From NCBI GenBank assembly GCA_000388065.2, contig KB932206.1: a stretch of DNA of 25,836 nt; one strand, written 5' to 3'. This DNA comes from Fonticula alba ATCC 38817 (lineage: Eukaryota; Protista; Nucleariida). This document shows positions 19,567 through 25,836 of this stretch, in pieces. The translations under genes and the position numbers were made by a program. The stretch's first letter is position 1. Every line of letters begins with the position of its first letter. Under the pieces are notes generated by a model. It was not told where the DNA came from, searched no databases, and was given only the letters and a program-made list of their open reading frames with translations.

Positions 19567-21149
19567 GGGAGGAGGGGCGGCGACACGAGTGTGCCAGCGC
19601 GTTGGCAGCACCAGGAAAAGCGAAGGGACACTTGTGGGGGAAGCCGCGCACCTCCAGCTGCTTCCAGCAGGGATTCTCCTTGCACTGGCCAGTGGCCAGG
19701 GCGGTGACCGTGGCCGTGGTCCCGGTCAGCCGGCCGCCCCCGACGTCAAGTCGATCCAACAAGCGGAAAAGCACCCGCCTACCGGGGCCAGGTGCGGCCA
19801 GAATCCCGGCCCGTTGGCCGGCGGCCTCGTCCTCCTGCGCCTCCTCACAGGCGCAGAGATCCTTCTCCGAGCATGCCAGACCCCCGACCAGCGGGCCGCC
19901 GATGGTCGTGGCCGAGGGGCATGTCGTCGGCGCAGGCACACACTTGCCGGTGGAGGCATTGCAAGACAGGGACTTGCAGGCCCGGTTGAAGGTGCACTCC
20001 TCGCCATTGTTCAGCTCGCCCTCCTTCAGGCAGACGCCGGCGCCCTCGGAGGAGTTGTACCGCCCGCAGAAGAGGCCCACCCCGCAGGGAGCAGCCCCGG
20101 GGCCCATGGATGCCAGAGTGCAAGGCTGGCCGGCGCCCTGCGCCTCGGCGCACACATTGTCGGGAGTCTCGCAGAACCACTGGAAGCCGCCACCACAGGC
20201 TTGGGGGCCGTTGCATTCGGTGTTCGAGGACACGTCCTCGCACACGCCTCCGGTACATTGCTCTGACTGGCATCTTTGTGTTTGTGAACCGGGGGGCGGA
20301 GCAGGGAGGGAGGGGGGGGCGAGAGGGAGTAACTTGGTTAGTGGGGGGGGGGGGAGAAGGTCCGAGACTCCCTGTCGGGAGGCTGCCGCATTGTGGGAGG
20401 GACGAAAAGGCCGGGGGGTGGGGGTCGCCCATCTGCAAACGCACTGGCTGCCGGCCGTGCAGACGTCGCCCTTGTAGCCGCCCACGCAGACGGACGTGAA
20501 GCGATCGCACACGAGAGGCAATGCACAGGCCGGGAGGGCCCCGGGGCTGATGTCCGAAGAGGAGCAGGCCTCGCCTGGAGTCGAGGGCCCAGATCGGTCG
20601 AGGTCAGCGGCGGCATGCGCATGGGGGACAGAGATATTGGCATGTGTGGCCGCACCGAGGTTGGCATTTGGGACGCAGGTTTTTGTGTCGAGGCCCGGAT
20701 CGCCGCGGCAGGACGCGGTCCGGACACACTGTCCCGAGGTCAGGCAAGTGGCGCCGGCAGGGAGACGCTGCTCGCAGGTCCCGGCATTGCAGTATCTGTC
20801 CGAGTGTGGGTGTGGGTGTGGGTGTGGATGTGGGTGTGGGTGTGCGCGCGAGAGCGTGCGTGCGAGAGCGTGGGTGAGGGTGCGTGTCCAAACGACAGCC
20901 CGCGGCAGGGGAGATCGGGTTGAACAGGGGAAACAGGCGAGAAGATGGTCAGACGCGAGCCCATCTGGCCACGGCGTGGTGCTCTGCGCAAAGGTGGGCG
21001 ACGCACAGCGACGGGGTGCAGGAATGGGTGCTGTCGCAGATTTGGCCCTCATACGAGACGAGGCTGTACTTTCCACAGAGAGCCGGGTCGGCCCGCGCGG
21101 CGTGGAACGCCAGCAGCAGGACCCCGAGCACCAGAGTACGAAGCTTCAT
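18898..21149 (-). CDS. Cys-rich secreted/surface protein with a (Pro-Thr)45 stalk and C-terminal hydrophobic (GPI-signal-like) tail, ~519 aa
   Basis: Exons 21149-21007, 20795-20656, 20574-20445, 20273-19652 and 19422-18898 (TGA), total 1560 nt, with GTGCG donors and phases 2, 1, 2, 0. The signal peptide is [20 protein letters not shown]. Modules resemble C-x5-C-x4-6-C-x4-C (e.g. [22 protein letters not shown]). The tail is [25 protein letters not shown]. The last acceptor is uncertain (19423, or an in-frame AG near 19497). Confidence 0.85.
19012..19281 (-). repeat. Coding hexanucleotide repeat, 270 nt = 45 Pro-Thr dipeptides
   Basis: CCN-ACN units read on the minus strand between ...VPVW and STPAPSP. 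Confidence 0.97.
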
Positions 21150-22381
21150 ACTCCTGTGTGGGCTTGTGCGGGGGCCGGGGCGGGTACCGCGCGGGATCGG
21201 CGAGAGAGCAGCCGGAAGGCGAGGAGGCAAGTCGGACTGGCGGGCAAGGGGCGCGGGGTGGGGGGTCCTCCGGGGGAGAGGCAAACGGGTGCCAGGGGGA
21301 AATTGGTGGAAACGCCTGGGCAGAGGGATTGGGATTGTGGGTGAGGTAACATCGTGGACACGCGCGCCCTCTCCGGGTGCAGGCCCTTTAATGTACCACC
21401 CGAGCCAACCGGTTAACACCTGCCGATCCCAGCATGGGAAGGGGGCACAGACTCCAGCGGTCCCGGGGTAGGGACAACCCAGCCTCCGCGCCCCCCCTCT
21501 CCCCCCTCCTCGACTGGCTGGTCGGCCTCTTCCGTGGTGGCAGGTTGTCGCGTGGACCCGACACCGGCCCCCCCGCGAGTGGGCCCGGGGCCGAAGGCGG
21601 GCGCAGGGAGGCGATGGGGGGGGGGCGCGGGGGCGGGGGGACGGAAGGGGGAGGGGGGAAGGGGAAGGGGCATGGATCGGAATAGTCCACAACTTTACGC
21701 GGCCCCAGGCACTGAGCTCATCCGCCCCATGTTCAGATTCAAAGAGTCTGAACCCCAGACTCGGGCCCCGGGGGGGGGGGGGGGGGCTCAGACAGAGGGA
21801 GGGGGCCGTGGGCCCGGCGCATGACTTCCACTGGAATTCGATCACCGGCTTGAGGCCCTTCCGGGCGCGCGGTGGCAGGCGAGAAGCGGCAAGCGTCCGG
21901 GCCCGGCCCTCTCTTCCAGCCATATGATATCACCACCGCCCGATGTCATCCATGTGTGCGGGGGAGGGGAGGAAGGGGGGGGAGAGAGACAGAGAGACCA
22001 GGACAGGGGTACCCACGTGGCAGTGCATATTCTGCTTTCTGCACCGGCATGCCGGTCGGTGCTCTGATGGGGGGGGGGGGGGGGGTAGGAGGGAGGGAGA
22101 AAGGCCACCCCGCCCATCAACACGGTGAGAGAGGGGACATGCGGATCTGTACATGTACCAACATGGTGTGATCTATTAATTACAGGAAGGGGGTGATTTG
22201 GTGAAAGAACGAGGGAGGGCAGGGGGGGGGGGGGGGGGGGAGGCCAATGAAAACCAGACGACAAGAGGGGACGGGCGGAACGACCAGGAACGGGGTGATG
22301 GGCCACGGCCGTCAATGTTTGTACATCCCCACCCTCGGCCCCCTGGCGGCCTGGTGCCAGCCTTTTCTCTTGGGCGCGCGC

Positions 22382-22383
<2 letters not shown>

Positions 22384-22433
<50 letters not shown>

Positions 22434-22705
22434 GTGTGCGCGCGCGTGTGCATGAGGGGAACGGGGTGGGGGAGGGACAGGCGCGGATGCGATCGCACAT
22501 GCGGCATACGGCCCCGCCCCCTGCCACTGGTGCCTTCCCCTCGCTCGCAGCCTGGGGCCTGAACCACAGGAGGGGGGCGACATGCCAATGCACCGGGGGG
22601 CGAGCGGCAGCCCCGGCCAGACGCCAGACACACGCACGCACGGCACACACACACACGCACGCACGCACGCACGCACGCACGCACGGCACACGCACGGCAC
22701 ACGCG
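22384..22705. repeat. (GT)n ~22384-22431 and (GCAC)n/(CA)n ~22630-22705 microsatellites downstream of the TMEM184 stop
   Basis: Read directly from the sequence. Confidence 0.9.
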
Positions 22706-22720
22706 CGACATGGCGCCGCA

Positions 22721-24817
22721 TCAGACAGCCGGGCCGCCGGAGTTCGGGCTCCCGCCACCCGCGGTAAAGGTGAACACCGGGTGCCGGACCGGGGCCACCT
22801 CCACGTCGCCGATGCCAAGCACATCGGAGGCGGTCATGTCCGGGGTCATGGCAAAGAGATCATCCTCCTCGAGGTGGTCCCCATCCAATGACCCGGCACC
22901 ATACGGCAGGGCGGCCCCTTGCTTGGCTGGCCCTTGGTCCAGGGGGGCGGAGGCGACATGAGCGCCGGGCACCGGGCCCAGCGGGTCGTCAACCATCTCC
23001 AGGTCCCCGGTGGGCTGGTGCGTCTCGCCGAAGCTGGTGAACTCGATGCCAAAGCGGTTCCCATCGTCCGCCGGGTTGAAGGACACCCCGGAGGCATCCA
23101 TCCCGCCGCGGCCGGCCCCACGGCCGGAGCCAGCTCCGGCACTGGGTTGACGATTGCACAGCATGTCCCCGATGTCCGAAAGGACATCATCGCAGGAGAA
23201 GGCATGGAGCAGGGCCCGGGCGTACCCCCGGAGGAGGGTTGTTTGGATGCTGTCCACCGGCGCGGCGCGGCTGCGAAGCTCCGGGCCACCGGTGGAGCGG
23301 ACGAACATCTCGTCGCCGCCGCCGCCGCCGGTGGTGGTGGTGGCCGCATCCAGGCGGTCATCAGCCCGGTCCTCCGAGCGCGAGGACAGGTGCAAATAAT
23401 CGCTGTAGGAAAAGTACATCATGTGGAGGATCGCCGCGCCGGCCATCTCGATGGCGATCATGAAGGAGTTGATGGTGTGCCCGCTGACCGCCATGCCGCT
23501 GTCGGCCGGCAGGACCCACTCGATGAACTGGAACAGCAGGCGCTGGTAGAAGGACAAGAAAATGACGGCCTTGATGCAGAGGAACTTCGGCAGCGGGCGG
23601 AAGGGCAGCAGGTCCGGCCCGAAGACATTGTAGAAGCGCAGCAGACCAAGCAGCGACAGGGTCACCGAGACCATGCGAATGATATTCAGCACGGTGTAGA
23701 CGGTGTGCGCATCGAAGGTGCCTGGGTACTTGGACAGCCAGTAGATGTCGAAGGAGATCTGGATGACGGCAATCTGCGGGCAGGGGGAGGGAGGGGGGAA
23801 CGTCACGAAGAACGGCGCGCGGCCCGTGTGCGGCGGTCAAGAGTGGAGCAGCAGTGGTCAGGGGGGGGGGGGGTGAGTGAGTGATGGGGCAAGTATGCAC
23901 GTGCGAGCAGCAGGGGGATATAAGGGGGCTGAGAGAGAGAGACACCAAGCAAGAGGGACGCACCAACGGCATGATGACCACATACTGCAGGATCAGATGC
24001 TTGAGGAAGCGGAAGAAGACGCGCACGTCGTAGCTAACCGACGGGAACATGCGCCTGGAGGGGGGAGAGAGGGGGGAGGGAGAGAGAGAGAGTGTGTCAG
24101 AGGGGGAGGGCGAGGACGGTTGGCCAGAAGTCGGACGCCAATGGCGGGCGCGCGATGAAGGAGGAGATGCACGAGGCGGTGGCGGCGGCGACGGCAGCGG
24201 CGACGGCAGCGGCGACGGCAGCGGCGAACGTGCGATGGAGGCATTCAGGAACATGGGGAGGGCGGCCCGACGCACGCGAAGACAGCCACGCGCGGCAGAC
24301 ACAGCGGCTCGGGCTTCACCTGCGACGGATGCTGGCGGTAGCTGGAGGATGAGGCGTCGCCCGCCTCGTTGGACGTGTCGCCGGCCGAGGGGAACCCCTC
24401 CGGCAGATCGAGGTCCAGGGCGTCCGGGTCGTCGGATGGGGAGGCCTGACGCCGGCGCTCCAGGCGCCGCGTGACCATGCCCTCCCCACCGAGGTAGCCC
24501 ACCAGCAGGTAGAAGAAGCACAGTACCACAAAGCCCTCATAGAAGGAGGTGACCAGCTCGAAGTAGCGCGACACCATCGGATCGATGACGCCCACCCAGC
24601 CGGTGACCGCGAAGACCGGCACCATGAAGAGGATGCGGATGACATGCCGCTGAAGGCGCCGGACGTGGTAGTTCTTGATGTGCTCCCAGATGCTGAAGAA
24701 TGTCAGGCCAATGGCGAAGCACACAAAGGGGAAGGCCACCCAGAAGAGGATCTTGACCACCTGGGCCGACTCCCCGGGGGGGGCCGACGACGACGACGCG
24801 GCCAGGAGGAAATCCAT
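22721..24817 (-). CDS. TMEM184: TMEM184 / organic solute transporter alpha (Solute_trans_a, LAZ1-like) family multi-pass membrane protein, ~561 aa
   Basis: Exons 24817-24276, 24054-23964 and 23773-22721 (TGA), with GTGCGT donors and phases 2 and 0. Family motifs: IWEHIKNYHVRRLQRHVIRILFMVPVFAV, YEGFVVLCFFYLLVGYLGGE, LILQYVVIMPL, FRPLPKFLCIKAVIFLSFYQ and MIAIEMAGAAILHMMYFSY. Confidence 0.92.
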
Positions 24818-24855
24818 GGCGGGCGGACGGGCGGCTGAGCAGGCGAGCGCACAGG

Positions 24856-24856
<1 letters not shown>

Positions 24857-24950
<94 letters not shown>

Positions 24951-24965
24951 GGGGGGGGGGGGGGG
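24857..24965. repeat. G homopolymer (~109 nt, two A interruptions) upstream of the TMEM184 ATG
   Basis: Read directly from the sequence. Confidence 0.9.
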
Positions 24966-24998
24966 AGTGCCCGCCTGGCGCGCATCGACAACAGCTAC

Positions 24999-25215
24999 NN
25001 NNNNNNNNNNNNNNNNNNNNNNNNNNNNNNNNNNNNNNNNNNNNNNNNNNNNNNNNNNNNNNNNNNNNNNNNNNNNNNNNNNNNNNNNNNNNNNNNNNNN
25101 NNNNNNNNNNNNNNNNNNNNNNNNNNNNNNNNNNNNNNNNNNNNNNNNNNNNNNNNNNNNNNNNNNNNNNNNNNNNNNNNNNNNNNNNNNNNNNNNNNNN
25201 NNNNNNNNNNNNNNN
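24999..25215. other. Assembly gap (217 N)
   Basis: N run read directly. Confidence 0.99.
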
Positions 25216-25836
25216 CAAACAAAGCCGAGGGGGGGGGGAGTCGGGTGGGGGAGGGGCATTGGGGGGGGGGCCACGCCAAGCGACCGCCGGGGGCCCGGGC
25301 CATAAAGGGGCAGTGGTTTCTTTCGGGAATGAGGCAGCGGGACGCCGCGCGAGGGGGGCTCCCCGACCGGAAAGGCCCACTGGCGGCGCGCAAGTCAGCG
25401 GGGTCGAGCATGGGGAAGAAGAAAGACCACCCAGCCCGGCTGATGATGCCGCCCGCTCCGGCCCGGGGCAGAGCCACCCTGCCAGGGCGCCCCTCCCCTC
25501 TGTGCTGTACCGCCGGGGAACGCCCGGGGGGGAGGGGGGGAGGGGGCGCAGGAGTCCCCACGAACTGGGCGACCCTGGCCGCCGGGGGGGAAGCTTGTGA
25601 AAGGCATTCACGCCCGGCCGGCCCCGGGGGCAGCGGATGCAGTCCGTCTGGCTGCCGGAGCCGCCGGCTGGCGGTGTCCAGGAGGGCCAGGCCTCCCCGG
25701 GTCGCGGACACTGGAACTATGCAGCATCTCCGGCATCTATGCGTGCGCACCGGAGGAGGGGGGAGCCGAGGGAGCGGCATGGGTGGGGTTGCATGTGCGC
25801 CACCCCTCTGAAACACCGGCGGCCCTGCCCGGCCCC

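Noticed and set aside
21821-21829. ATGACTTCC shared with the promoter motif at 5614-5622
   Set aside because: A single shared 9-mer in 26 kb is expected by chance, and there is no adjacent E-box here.
24092-24244. (GCCGCTGCCGTC)n stretch reading as poly-Ala/Val on the minus strand, a possible extra TMEM184 exon
   Set aside because: It lies inside intron 24275-24055, whose flanking exons join in phase 2 to give the expected family sequence, and no suitable acceptor was found.
25216-25836. ORFs at the right end of the window
   Set aside because: No domain-like sequence, and the frames run through poly-G and N. It is probably the TMEM184 upstream region, though a gene starting beyond the window cannot be excluded.
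1-25836. CRISPR arrays, tRNA/rRNA genes, transposons
   Set aside because: The repeats are coding tandem repeats or microsatellites without unique spacers. I saw no cloverleaf, rRNA-like segment, transposase/RT ORF, terminal inverted repeats or LTRs.

Overview
This is GC-rich, intron-containing eukaryotic genomic DNA from a draft assembly, with four N gaps and long G homopolymers. The GTGCGT donors, C-rich microsatellite-filled introns and gene content suggest a protist such as Fonticula; this is inference only. By reading splice sites and checking phases by hand I reconstructed six protein-coding genes. (1) A secreted, probably GPI-anchored orphan protein with a ~300-aa His/Ser/Gly repeat tract (+). 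(2) A FAF1/C1orf131-like 40S biogenesis factor (-). (3) An alsin-like DH-PH RhoGEF with ~16 MORN repeats and no VPS9 domain (+). (4) A vigilin/Scp160-like multi-KH protein whose 5' end lies in a gap (-). (5) A Cys-rich surface protein on a (Pro-Thr)45 stalk with a hydrophobic C-terminus (-). (6) A TMEM184/OST-alpha family membrane protein (-). I saw no RNA genes, mobile elements or CRISPR arrays. The best leads are the His-rich surface protein, the almost uniform C at intron position +4, the MORN introns that sit in register with the repeats, and a 120-nt copy of the TMEM184 start inside a vigilin intron that is probably a misassembly. I cannot support a claim of a new multi-gene system here.
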